A stretch of DNA of 64,000 nucleotides from Eledone cirrhosa. Taxonomy: Eukaryota. The notes under the pieces were generated by a model, which did no database searches, was not told the origin of the DNA, and was given only the letters and a program-made list of their open reading frames with translations. A program made the translations under genes and the position numbers. The stretch covers positions 7,936,001-8,000,000 of the forward strand of contig OZ024760.1 in assembly GCA_964016885.1 (NCBI GenBank). Reading direction: 5' to 3'. This document shows, in pieces, positions 1 to 62,114 of this stretch; the first letter of the stretch is position 1; each line of letters starts with the position of its first letter.

Positions 1-109
1 GGGTAAGGGTTGCTCGAGTGGTGGTGGTAGTAGTGGTGGTGCGTAATGGTTCCACGGGTGGTGTTGATGGTACTGTGGTGGTGGTGGTGGTGGTAGTGGT
101 GGTGGCAGT

Positions 110-3100
110 GGTAGTGGTAGTGGTAGTGGCGGTGGTGGTGTTTTGATGGTGTAGTGGTAGTAGTGTGGTGGTGGTGGTGGTGATGGTTTGATGGTGTAGT
201 GGTAGTAGTGTGGTGGTGGTGGTGGTGATGGTTTGATGGTGTAGTGGTAGTAGTGTGGTGGTGGTGGTGGTGATGGTTTGATGGTGTAGTGGTAGTAGTG
301 TGGTGGTGGTGGTGGTGGTGATGGTTTGATGGTGTAGTGGTAGTAGTGTGGTGGTGGTGGTGGTGATGGTTTGATGGTGTAGTGGTAGTAGTGTGGTGGT
401 GGTGGTGGTGATGGTTTGATGGTGTAGTGGTAGTAGTGTGGTGGTGGTGGTGGTGATGGTTTGATGGTGTAGTGGTAGTAGTGTGGTGGTGGTGGTGGTG
501 ATGGTTTGATGGTGTAGTGGTAGTAGTGTGGTGGTGGTGGTGGTGATGGTTTGATGGTGTAGTGGTAGTAGTGTGGTGGTGGTGGTGGTGATGGTTTGAT
601 GGTGTAGTGGTAGTAGTGTGGTGGTGGTGGTGGTGGTGATGGTTTGATGGTGTAGTGGTAGTAGTGTGGTGGTGGTGGTGGTGATGGTTTGATGGTGTAG
701 TGGTAGTAGTGTGGTGGTGGTGGTGGTGATGGTTTGATGGTGTAGTGGTAGTAGTGTGGTGGTGGTGGTGGTGATGGTTTGATGGTGTAGTGGTAGTAGT
801 GTGGTGGTGGTGGTGGTGATGGTTTGATGGTGTAGTGGTAGTAGTGTGGTGGTGGTGGTGGTGATGGTTTGATGGTGTAGTGGTAGTAGTGTGGTGGTGG
901 TGGTGGTTTGATGGTGTAGTGGTAGTAGTGGTAGTGGTGGTGGTGGTGATGGTTTGATGGTGTAGTGGTAGTAGTGTGGTGGTGGTGGTGGTGGTGATGG
1001 TTTGATGGTGTAGTGGTAGTAGTGGTAGTGGTGGTGGTGGTGATGGTTTGATGGTGTAGTGGTAGTAGTGTGGTGGTGGTGGTGGTGATGGTTTGATGGT
1101 GTAGTGGTAGTAGTGTGGTGGTGGTGGTGGTGATGGTTTGATGGTGTAGTGGTAGTAGTGTGGTGGTGGTGGTGGTGATGGTTTGATGGTGTAGTGGTAG
1201 TAGTGTGGTAGTGGTGGTGGTGGTGATGGTTTGATGGTGTAGTGGTAGTAGTGTGGTGGTGGTGGTGGTGATGGTTTGATGGTGTAGTGGTAGTAGTGTG
1301 GTGGTGGTGGTGGTGGTGATGGTTTGATGGTGTAGTGGTAGTAGTGGTAGTGGTGGTGGTGGTGATGGTTTGATGGTGTAGTGGTAGTAGTGTGGTGGTG
1401 GTGGTGGTGATGGTTTGATGGTGTAGTGGTAGTAGTGTGGTGGTGGTGGTGGTGATGGTTTGATGGTGTAGTGGTAGTAGTGTGGTGGTGGTGGCGGTGG
1501 TGATGGTTTGATGGTGTAGTGGTAGTAGTGTGGTGGTGGTGGTGGTGATGGTTTGATGGTGTAGTGGTAGTAGTGTGGTGGTGGTGGTGGTGATGGTTTG
1601 ATGGTGTAGTGGTAGTAGTGTGGTGGTGGTGGTGGTGATGGTTTGATGGTGTAGTGGTAGTAGTGGTAGTGGTTGTGGTGGTGATGGTTTGATGGTGTAG
1701 TGGTAGTAGTGTGGTAGTGGTGGTGGTGGTGATGGTTTGATGGTGTAGTGGTAGTAGTGTGGTGGTGGTGGTGGTGATGGTTTGATGGTGTAGTGGTAGT
1801 AGTGTGGTGGTGGTGGTGGTGATGGTTTGATGGTGTAGTGGTAGTAGTGTGGTGGTGGTGGTGGTGATGGTTTGATGGTGTAGTGGTAGTAGTGTGGTGG
1901 TGGTGGTGGTGATGGTTTGATGGTGTAGTGGTAGTAGTGTGGTGGTGGTGGTGGTGATGGTTTGATGGTGTAGTGGTAGTAGTGTGGTGGTGGTGGTGGT
2001 GATGGTTTGATGGTGTAGTGGTAGTAGTGTGGTGGTGGTGGTGGTGATGGTTTGATGGTGTAGTGGTAGTAGTGTGGTGGTGGTGGTGGTGATGGTTTGA
2101 TGGTGTAGTGGTAGTAGTGTGGTGGTGGTGGTGGTGATGGTTTGATGGTGTAGTGGTAGTAGTGGTGGTGGTGGTGGTGGTGATGGTTTGATGGTGTAGT
2201 GGTAGTAGTGTGGTGGTGGTGGTGGTGATGGTTTGATGGTGTAGTGGTAGTAGTGTGGTGGTGGTGGTGGTGATGGTTTGATGGTGTAGTGGTAGTAGTG
2301 TGGTGGTGGTGGTGGTGATGGTTTGATGGTGTAGTGGTAGTAGTGTGGTGGTGGTGGTGGTGATGGTTTGATGGTGTAGTGGTAGTAGTGTGGTGGTGGT
2401 GGTGGTGATGGTTTGATGGTGTAGTGGTAGTAGTGTGGTGGTGGTGGTGGTGATGGTTTGATGGTGTAGTGGTAGTAGTGTGGTGGTGGTGGTGGTGATG
2501 GTTTGATGGTGTAGTGGTAGTAGGGTGGTGGTGGGGGTGGTGGTGGTGTGGTGTAGTGGTGTGGGTGGTGGTGGTGTGGTTGTGGGTGTGGGGGTTGTGT
2601 GTGGTGGTGGTGGTGGTGATGGTTTGATGGTGTGTGGTAGTAGTGTGGTGGTGGGGGTGGTGATGGTTGTGGGTGTAGTGGTAGTAGTGTGGTGGTGGTG
2701 GTGGTGATGGTTGATGGTGTAGTGGTAGTAGTGTGGTGGTGGTGGTGGTGATGGTTTGATGGTGTAGTGGTAGTAGTGTGGTGGTGGTGGTGGTGATGGT
2801 TTGATGGTGTAGTGGTAGTAGTGTGGTGGTGGTGGTGGTGATGGTTTGATGGTGTAGTGGTAGTAGTGTGGTGGTGGTGATGGTTTGATGGTGTAGTGGT
2901 AGTAGTGTGGTGGTGGTGGTGGTGATGGTTTGATGGTGTAGTGGTAGTAGTGTGGTGGTGGTGGTGGTGATGGTTTGATGGTGTAGTGGTAGTAGTGTGG
3001 TGGTGGTGGTGGTGATGGTTTGATGGTGTAGTGGTAGTAGTGTGGTGGTGGTGGTGGTGATGGTTTGATGGTGTAGTGGTAGTAGTGTGGTGGTGGTGGT

Positions 3101-6100
3101 GGTGATGGTTTGATGGTGTAGTGGTAGTAGTGTGGTGGTGGTGATGGTTGATGGTGTAGTGGTAGTAGTGTGGTGGTGGTGGTGGTGATGGTTTGATGGT
3201 GTAGTGGTAGTAGTGTGGTGGTGGTGGTGGTGATGGTTTGATGGTGTAGTGGTAGTAGTGTGGTGGTGGTGGTGGTGATGGTTTGATGGTGTAGTGGTAG
3301 TAGTGTGGTGGTGGTGGTGGTGATGGTTTGATGGTGTAGTGGTAGTAGTGTGGTGGTGGTGGTGGTGATGGTTTGATGGTGTAGTGGTAGTAGTGTGGTG
3401 GTGGTGGTGGTGATGGTTTGATGGTGTAGTGGTAGTAGTGTGGTGGTGGTGGTGGTGATGGTTTGATGGTGTAGTGGTAGTAGTGTGGTGGTGGTGGTGG
3501 TGATGGTTTGATGGTGTAGTGGTAGTAGTGTGGTGGTGGTGGTGGTGATGGTTTGATGGTGTAGTGGTAGTAGTGTGGTGGTGGTGGTGGTGATGGTTTG
3601 ATGGTGTAGTGGTAGTAGTGTGGTGGTGGTGGTGGTGATGGTTTGATGGTGTAGTGGTAGTAGTGTGGTGGTGGTGGTGGTGATGGTTTGATGGTGTAGT
3701 GGTAGTAGTGTGGTGGTGGTGTTGGTTTGATGGTGTAGTGGTAGTAGTGGTAGTGGTTGTGGTGGTGATGGTTTGATGGTGTAGTGGTAGTAGTGTGGTG
3801 GTGGTGGTGGTGATGGTTTGATGGTGTAGTGGTAGTAGTGTGGTGGTGGTGGTGGTGATGGTTTGATGGTGTAGTGGTAGTAGTGTGGTGGTGGTGGTGG
3901 TGATGGTTTGATGGTGTAGTGGTAGTAGTGTGGTGGTGGTGGTGGTGATGGTTTGATGGTGTAGTGGTAGTAGTGTGGTGGTGGTGGTGGTGATGGTTTG
4001 ATGGTGTAGTGGTAGTAGTGTGGTGGTGGTGGTGGTGATGGTTTGATGGTGTAGTGGTAGTAGTGTGGTGGTGGTGGTGGTGATGGTTTGATGGTGTAGT
4101 GGTAGTAGTGTGGTGGTGGTGGTGGTGATGGTTTGATGGTGTAGTGGTAGTAGTGTGGTGGTGGTGGTGGTGGTGATGGTTTGATGGTGTAGTGGTAGTA
4201 GTGTGGTGGTGGTGGTGGTGATGGTTTGATGGTCTAGTGGTAGTAGTGTGGTGGTGGTGGTGGTGATGGTTTGATGGTGTAGTGGTAGTAGTGTGGTGGT
4301 GGTGGTGGTGATGGTTTGATGGTGTAGTGGTAGTAGTGTGGTGGTGGTGGTGGTGATGGTTTGATGGTGTAGTGGTAGTAGTGTGGTGGTGGTGGTGGTG
4401 ATGGTTTGATGGTGTAGTGGTAGTAGTGTGGTGGTGGTGGTGGTGATGGTTTGATGGTGTAGTGGTAGTAGTGTGGTGGTGGTGGTGGTGATGGTTTGAT
4501 GGTGTAGTGGTAGTAGTGTGGTGGTGGTGGTGGTGATGGTTTGATGGTGTAGTGGTAGTAGTGTGGTGGTGGTGGTGGTGATGGTTTGATGGTGTAGTGG
4601 TAGTAGTGTGGTGGTGGTGGTGGTGATGGTTTGATGGTGTAGTGGTAGTAGTGTGGTGGTGGTGGTGGTGATGGTTTGATGGTGTAGTGGTAGTAGTGTG
4701 GTGGTGGTGGTGGTGATGGTTTGATGGTGTAGTGGTAGTAGTGTGGTGGTGGTGGTGGTGATGGTTTGATGGTGTTGTGGTAGTAGTGTGGTGGTGGTGG
4801 TGGTGATGGTTTGATGGTGTAGTGGTAGTAGTGTGGTGGTGGTGGTGGTGGTGATGGTTTGATGGTGTAGTGGTAGTAGTGTGGTGGTGGTGGTGGTGAT
4901 GGTTTGATGGTGTAGTGGTAGTAGTGTGGTGGTGGTGGTGGTGATGGTTTGATGGTGTAGTGGTAGTAGTGTGGTGGTGGTGGTGGTGATGGTTTGATGG
5001 TGTTGTGGTAGTAGTGTGGTGGTGGTGGTGGTGATGGTTTGATGGTGTAGTGGTAGTAGTGTGGTGGTGGTGGTGGTGATGGTTTGATGGTGTAGTGGTA
5101 GTAGTGTGGTGGTGGTGGTGGTGATGGTTTGATGGTGTAGTGGTAGTAGTGTGGTGGTGGTGGTGGTGGCGATGGTTTGATGGTGTAGTGTGGTGGTGGT
5201 GGTGGTGATGGTTTGATGGTGTAGTGGTAGTAGTGTGGTGGTGGTGGTGGTGATGGTTTGATGGTGTAGTGGTAGTAGTGTGGTGGTGGTGGTGGTGATG
5301 GTTTGATGGTGTAGTGGTAGTAGTGTGGTGGTGGTGGTGGTGATGGTTTGATGGTGTAGTGGTAGTAGTGTGGTGGTGGTGGTGGTTTGATGGTGTAGTG
5401 GTAGTAGTGTGGTGGTGGTGGTGGTGATGGTTTGATGGTGTAGTGGTAGTAGTGTGGTAGTGGCGGTGGTGGTGTGTTGATGGTGTAGTGGTAGTAGTGT
5501 GGTGGTGGTGGTGGTGATGGTTTGATGGTGTAGTGGTAGTAGTGTGGTGGTGGTGGTGGTGGTGTTTTGATGGTGTAGTGGTAGTAGTGTGGTGGTGGTG
5601 GTGGTGATGGTTTGATGGTGTAGTGGTAGTAGTGTGGTAGTGGTGGTGGTGGTGATGGTTTGATGGTGTAGTGGTAGTAGTGTGGTGGTGGTGGTGGTGG
5701 TGATGGTTTGATGGTGTAGTGGTAGTAGTGTGGTGGTGGTGGTGGTGATGGTTTGATGGTGTAGTGGTAGTAGTGTGGTGGTGGTGGTGGTGATGGTTTG
5801 ATGGTGTAGTGGTAGTAGTGTGGTGGTGGTGGTGGTGATGGTTTGATGGTGTAGTGGTAGTAGTGTGGTGGTGGTGGTGGTGATGGTTTGATGGTGTAGT
5901 GGTAGTAGTGTGGTGGTGGTGGGGTGGTGATGTTTGATGGTGTAGTGGTAGTAGTGTGGTGGTGGTGGTGGTGATGGTTTGATGGTGTAGTGGTAGTAGT
6001 GTGGTGGTGGTGGTGGTGATGGTTTGATGGTGTAGTGGTAGTAGTGTGGTGGTGGTGGTGGTGATGGTTTGATGGTGTAGTGGTAGTAGTGTGGTGGTGG

Positions 6101-9100
6101 TGGTGGTGATGGTTTGATGGTGTAGTGGTAGTAGTGTGGTGGTGGTGGTGGTGATGGTTTGATGGTGTAGTGGTAGTAGTGTGGTGGTGGTGGTGGTGAT
6201 GGTTTGATGGTGTAGTGGTAGTAGTGTGGTGGTGGTGGTGGTGATGGTTTGATGGTGTAGTGGTAGTAGTGTGGTGGTGGTGGTGGTGGGTGGTTTGATG
6301 GTGTAGTGTGGTGGTGGTGGTGGTGATGGTTTGATGGTGTAGTGGTAGTAGTGTGGTGGTGGTGGTGGTGATGGTTTGATGGTGTAGTGGTAGTAGTGTG
6401 GTGGTGGTGGTGGTGATGGTTTGATGGTGTAGTGGTAGTAGTGTGGTGGTGGTGGTGGTGATGGTTTGATGGTGTAGTGGTAGTAGTGTGGGTGGTGGTG
6501 GTGTGGTTTGATGGTGTAGTGGTAGTAGTGTGGTGGTGGTGGTGGTGATGGTTTGATGGTGTAGTGGTAGTAGTGTGGTGGTGGTGGTGGTGGTGTTTTG
6601 ATGGTGTAGTGGTAGTAGTGTGGTGGTGGTGGTGGTGATGGTTTGATGGTGTAGTGGTAGTAGTGTGGTGGTGGTGGTGGTGGTGTTTTGATGGTGTAGT
6701 GGTAGTAGTGTGGTGGTGGTGGTGGTGATGGTTTGATGGTGTAGTGGTAGTAGTGTGGTAGTGGTGGTGGTGGTGATGGTTTGATGGTGTAGTGGTAGTA
6801 GTGGTGGTGGTGGTGGTGGTGATGGTTTGATGGTGTAGTGGTAGTAGTGTGGTGGTGGTGGTGGTGATGGTTTGATGGTGTAGTGGTAGTAGTGTGGTGG
6901 TGGTGGTGGTGATGGTTTGATGGTGTAGTGGTAGTAGTGTGGTGGTGGTGGTGGTGATGGTTTGATGGTGTAGTGGTAGTAGTGTGGTGGTGGTGGTGGT
7001 GATGGTTTGATGGTGTAGTGGTAGTAGTGTGGTAGTGGTGGTGGTGGTGGTTTGATGGTGTAGTGGTAGTAGTGTGGTGGTGGTGGTGGTGATGGTTTGA
7101 TGGTGTAGTGGTAGTAGTGTGGTGGTGGTGGTGGTGATGGTTTGATGGTGTAGTGGTAGTAGTGTGGTGGTGGTGGTGGTGATGGTTTGATGGTGTAGTG
7201 GTAGTAGTGTGGTGGTGGTGGTGGTGATGGTTTGATGGTGTAGTGGTAGTAGTGTGGTGGTGGTGGTGGTGATGGTTTGATGGTGTAGTGGTAGTAGTGT
7301 GGTAGTGGTGGTGGTGGTGATGGTTTGATGGTGTAGTGGTAGTAGTGTGGTGGTGGTGGTGGTGATGGTTTGATGGTGTAGTGGTAGTAGTGTGGTGGTT
7401 GTGGTGGTGATGGTTTGATGGTGCAGTGGTAGTAGTGTGGTGGTGGTGGTGGTGGTGATGGTTTGATGGTGTAGTGGTAGTAGTGTGGTGGTGGTGGTGG
7501 TGATGGTTTGATGGTGTAGTGGTAGTAGTGTGGTGGTGGTGGTGGTGATGGTTTGATGGTGTAGTGGTAGTAGTGTGGTGGTGGTGGTGGTGATGGTTTG
7601 ATGGTGTAGTGGTAGTAGTGTGGTGGTTGTGGTGGTGATGGTTTGATGGTGCAGTGGTAGTAGTGTGGTGGTGGTGGTGGTGGTGATGGTTTGATGGTGT
7701 AGTGGTAGTAGTGTGGTGGTGGTGGTGGTGATGGTTTGATGGTGTAGTGGTAGTAGTGTGGTGGTGGTGGTGGTGATGGTTTGATGGTGTAGTGGTAGTA
7801 GTGTGGTGGTTGTGGTGGTGATGGTTTGATGGTGCAGTGGTAGTAGTGTGGTGGTGGTGGTGGTGGTGATGGTTTGATGGTGTAGTGGTAGTAGTGTGGT
7901 GGTGGTGGTGGTGATGGTTTGATGGTGTAGTGGTAGTAGTGTGGTGGTGGTGGTGGTGATGGTTTGATGGTGCAGTGGTAGTAGTGTGGTGGTGGTGGTG
8001 GTGGTGATGGTTTGATGGTGTAGTGGTAGTAGTGTGGTGGTGGTGGTGGTGATGGTTTGATGGTGTAGTGGTAGTAGTGTGGTGGTTGTGGTGGTGATGG
8101 TTTGATGGTGCAGTGGTAGTAGTGTGGTGGTGGTGGTGGTGGTGATGGTTTGATGGTGTAGTGGTAGTAGTGTGGTGGTGGTGGTGGTGATGGTTTGATG
8201 GTGTAGTGGTAGTAGTGTGGTGGTGGTGGTGGTGATGGTTTGATGGTGTAGTGGTAGTAGTGTGGTGGTGGTGGTGGTGATGGTTTGATGGTGTAGTGGT
8301 AGTAGTGTGGTGGTGGTGGTGGTGATGGTTTGATGGTGTAGTGGTAGTAGTGTGGTAGTGGCGGTGGTGGTGTTTTGATGGTGTAGTGGTAGTAGTGTGG
8401 TGGTGGTGGTGGTGATGGTTTGATGGTGTAGTGGTAGTAGTGTGGTGGTGGTGGTGGTGATGGTTTGATGGTGTAGTGGTAGTAGTGTGGTGGTGGTGGT
8501 GGTGATGGTTTGATGGTGTAGTGGTAGTAGTGTGGTGGTGGTGGTGGTGATGGTTTGATGGTGTAGTGGTAGTAGTGTGGTGGTGGTGGTGGTGATGGTT
8601 TGATGGTGTAGTGGTAGTAGTGTGGTAGTGGTGGTGGTGGTGATGGTTTGATGGTGTAGTGGTAGTAGTGTGGTGGTGGTGGTGGTGATGGTTTGATGGT
8701 GTAGTGGTAGTAGTGTGGTGGTTGTGGTGGTGATGGTTTGATGGTGCAGTGGTAGTAGTGTGGTGGTGGTGGTGGTGGTGATGGTTTGATGGTGTAGTGG
8801 TAGTAGTGGTAGTGGTGGTGGTGGTGATGGTTTGATGGTGTAGTGGTAGTAGTGTGGTGGTGGTGGTGGTGATGGTTTGATGGTGTAGTGGTAGTAGTGT
8901 GGTGGTGGTGGTGGTGGTGATGGTTTGATGGTGTAGTGGTAGTAGTGTGGTGGTGGTGGTGGTGATGGTTTGATGGTGTTGTGGTAGTAGTGTGGTGGTG
9001 GTGGTGGTGATGGTTTGATGGTGTAGTGGTAGTAGTGTGGTGGTGGTGGTGGTGATGGTTTGATGGTGTAGTGGTAGTAGTGTGGTGGTGGTGGTGGTGA

Positions 9101-9690
9101 TGGTTTGATGGTGTAGTGGTAGTAGTGTGGTGGTGGTGGTGGTGATGGTTTGATGGTGTAGTGGTAGTAGTGTGGTGGTGGTGGTGGTGATGGTTTGATG
9201 GTGTAGTGGTAGTAGTGTGGTGGTGGTGGTGGTGATGGTTTGATGGTGTAGTGGTAGTAGTGTGGTGGTGGTGGTGGTGGTGATGGTTTGATGGTGTAGT
9301 GGTAGTAGTGTGGTGGTGGTGGTGGTGGTGATGGTTTGATGGTGTAGTGGTAGTAGTGTGGTGGTGGTGGTGGTGGTGATGGTTTGATGGTGTAGTGGTA
9401 GTAGTGTGGTGGTGGTGGTGGTGGTGATGGTTTGATGGTGTAGTGGTAGTAGTGTGGTGGTGGTGGTGGTGATGGTTTGATGGTGTAGTGGTAGTAGTGT
9501 GGTGGTGGTGGTGGTGATGGTTTGATGGTGTAGTGGTAGTAGTGTGGTGGTGGTGGTGGTGATGGTTTGATGGTGTAGTGGTAGTAGTGTGGTGGTGGTG
9601 GTGGTGATGGTTTGATGGTGTAGTGGTAGTAGTGTGGTGGTGGTGGTGGTGATGGTTTGATGGTGTAGTGGTAGTAGTGTGGTGGTGGTG
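110..9690. repeat. 45-bp G/T-rich minisatellite (GTGGTGGTGGTGGTGGTGATGGTTTGATGGTGTAGTGGTAGTAGT)n, roughly 200 copies
   Basis: Period measured directly (gatggttt at 3187 and 3232); almost no C on the + strand. Confidence 0.97.
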
Positions 9691-9825
9691 AAAGGATTAC
9701 CATCCTTTAGTGTGGAGGAATGTACTACAAGTTTAGCCAAAGTTATTTTAATGATTCAGACAGGTTGAAACCTCTCACTTGCAATGTTTTCCTGAAAACG
9801 TTGGCATTAAGGAACAAACAAACAA

Positions 9826-15530
<5,705 letters not shown>

Positions 15531-15717
15531 TACACCTTATCTTTGTAAGGCCCAGCAGTTAAATGAAGCTTTACAACGTGGTGGGTGGGGCCATGAGGGG
15601 TGGGGAGAGGGGTAGGGGTTAAAGAGAGAGATAAGGATGGTGGTGGTGGTGGAGGAAAGAACCAGATGCCACCCTAAAGAATTTGGTACTGAGTGATTCC
15701 AATGACCCAGTATTTGG

Positions 15718-16850
15718 TGATGTGAGGAGATGTGAGGTGTTGTGAGATGATGTGAGGTGATGTGAGGTGTTGTGAGATGATGTGAGGTGATGTGAGGTGT
15801 TGTGAGATGATGTGAGGTGATGTGAGGTGTTGTGAGATGATGTGAGGTGATGTGAGGTGTTGTGAGATGATGTGAGGTGATGTGAGGTGTTGTGAGATGA
15901 TGTGAGTTGTTGTGAGATGATGTGAGGTGATGTGAGGTGTTGTGAGTTGTTGTGAGGTGTTGTGATGTGATGTGATGTGAGTTGTTGTGAGAGGATGTGG
16001 TGTTGTGAGAAGATGTGAGTTGTTGTGAGAGGATGTGGTGTTGTGAGAAGATGTGAGTTGTTGTGAGGTGATGTGAGTTGTTGTGAGAGGATGTGGTGTT
16101 GTGAGAAGATGTGAGTTGTTGTGAGGTGATGTGAGTTGTTGTGAGGTGATGTGAGTTGTTGTGAGGTGTTGTGATGTGATGTGATGTGAGGTGTTGTGAT
16201 GTGATGTGATGTGAGGTGTTGTGAGAGGATGTGGTGTTGTGATGTGATGTGAGGTGTTGTGAGAGGATGTGAGGTGTGAAGTGATGTGAGGTGTTGTGAG
16301 GTGTTGTGATGTGATGTGATGTGAGGTGTTGTGATGTGATGTGAGGTGTTGTGATGTGATGTGAGGTGTTGTGAGAGGATGTGAGGTGTGAAGTGATGTG
16401 AGGTGTTGTGAGGAGATGTGAGGTGTTGTGAGGTGATGTGAGGTGATGTGAGGTGTTGTGATGTGATGTGAGGTGTTGTGAGAGGATGTGGTGTTGTGAG
16501 AGGATGTGAGGTGTTGTGATGTGATGTGAGGGGTTGTGAGAGGATGTGAGGTGTTGTGATGTGATGTGAGGTGTTGTGAGAGGATGTGAGGTGTTGTGAT
16601 GTGATGTGAGGTGTTGTGAGAGGATGTGAGGTGTGAAGTGATGTGAGGTGTTGTGAGGTGATGTGAGGTGTTGTGAGGTGATGTGAGGTGTTGTGAGGAG
16701 ATGAGAGGTATTGTGAGGCAATGTGGATCAATGTGAGGCAATGTGAAGTGATGTGAGATGATTTGACGCAATGTGAAGTGATGTGAGGTGATGTGAGGCA
16801 ATGTGAGGCAATGTGAGGAGACGTGAGGTGATGTGAGGCAATGTGAGGTG
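15718..16850. repeat. Pentamer-based (GATGT/GAGGT/GTTGT) tandem repeat
   Basis: Direct reading. Confidence 0.9.
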
Positions 16851-16871
16851 TTCTTGTGACATCATGAGTAT

Positions 16872-16986
16872 GACAATTGATTGTAGAATGTGTGTATTAT
16901 CAAATTATGCCCCAGGTGTCAGGTTGACACCTGGGGCATGTTTGGGAAAGATGCAGAATTCAAAGGAAGCTTCAAATAATAATAAT
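16872..16986 (+). mobile_element. Short 5'-truncated 3'-end copy of the R4/Dong-like LINE
   Basis: Aligns by eye to 29948-30055 (gacaatt..tgtagaat..gtgtattatcaaatt..caggttgacac..agaattcaaaggaag.ttcaaataat); ends in TAA repeats. Confidence 0.7.
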
Positions 16987-17389
16987 TGTTTCTACTTTTG
17001 GCACAAGGCCAGCAATTACCCCAGTGCATTACTGGTACTTTATTTTATCAACCCTGTAGGGATGAAAAGCAAAGTTAACCTCGGCGGGATTTGAACTCAG
17101 AACGGCAAGGGCCATGATTTCTACTATAGACTCAAGGCCAGCAATTTAGGGGAGAGGAGAAAGTTGACTAAATCGACCCCAGTGCATTACTGGTACTTTA
17201 TTTCATCAACCTCGTAAGGATGAAAGGCAAAGCTAATCTCAGCGGGATTTGAACTCAGAAGGTAAAGAGCCATATCTCTATGCCGCACAGCATGTTGTCC
17301 AATGCTAATCCAATAATACTGTTGGTTTTTAATTTAGATACTGGACTAGACCAGCAGTGTTTGCGAAAAAGGGGAAGGTGAATCGAAAA

Positions 17390-18332
17390 TATCGACCCCA
17401 GTACTCGACTGGTACTTTATTTCAGCAGACCCCACTACTTCCCTGGTACTTTATTTCAGCAGACCCCAGTACTTCCCCGGTACTTTATTTCAGCAGACCC
17501 CAGTACTTCCCCGGTACTTTATTTCAGCAGACTCAAATACTTGACTGGTACTTTAATATATCAACCCATTAGTTGACTGGTACTTTAATATATCAACCCC
17601 ATTATTTGACTGGTACTTTATTTCAGTGGGCCCAGTACTTCCCTGGTACTTTATTTCATTGGACTCCAATACTCGACTGGTACTTTAATATATCAACCCA
17701 ATAGTTGACTGGTACTTTAATATATCAACCCCAGTAGTTGTCTGGTACTTTATTTCATCGGACCCCAGTAGTTGCCTGATACTTTATTTCAACGGACCCC
17801 AGTAGTTGCTTGGTACTTTATTTCATCGGACCCCAGTAGTTGCCTGGTACTTTATTTCATCGGACCTCAGTAGTTGTCTGGTACTTTATTTCATCGGACC
17901 CCAGTAGTTGCCTGATACTTTATTTCATCGGACCCCATTAATTGCCTGGTACTTTATTTCATCGGACGCCAGTAGTTGCCTGGTCTTTATTTCATCGGAC
18001 GCCAGTAGTTGCCTAGTACTTTATTTCATCGGACCCCAGTAGTTGCCTGGTACTTTATTTCATCGGACCCCAGTAGTTGCCTGGTACTTTATTTCATCGG
18101 ACGCCAGTAATTGCCTGGTACTTTATTTCATCGGATCCCAGTAGTTGCCTGGTACTTTATTTCATCGGACCCCAGTAGTTGCCTGGTACTTTATTTCATT
18201 GGATGCCAGTAATTGCCTGGTACTTTATTTCATCGGACCTCAGTAGTTGCCTGGTACTTTATTTCAGCGGACGCCAGTAATTGCCTGGTACTTTATTTCA
18301 TCGGACCCCAGTAGTTGCCTGGTACTTTATTT
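17390..18332. repeat. 34-bp minisatellite (CATCGGACCCCAGTAGTTGCCTGGTACTTTATTT)n
   Basis: Period 34 (catcgg at 18061 and 18095); matches the atcgacccc..ctggtactttattt segment of SINE family 2. Confidence 0.9.
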
Positions 18333-18399
18333 GATTGACTCCTAGAAGGAAGACAGGGGCAATATACAGTAAGATTGTGTGTGTGTTCTTATGTTTCAG

Positions 18400-61893
<43,494 letters not shown>

Positions 61894-62114
61894 GTAAGTC
61901 TTAATCTTCTACAATTCTTCATTTTCTCTGGCCTTCATGGTTCCTAATAACCCATGATTGGGCGTACATAGTCCCATAACTCCTGAGGAACTCGTAGGGA
62001 CGCTGTAGTGACATATGGCATTTCTAGGGTATTGTTGTGTGAGAGTACAACGCCCTCCCCTGGCGAGAATGGGCTAGACCACTACTTATAAATAGTAGTG
62101 GCCTGAGTAAGTAG

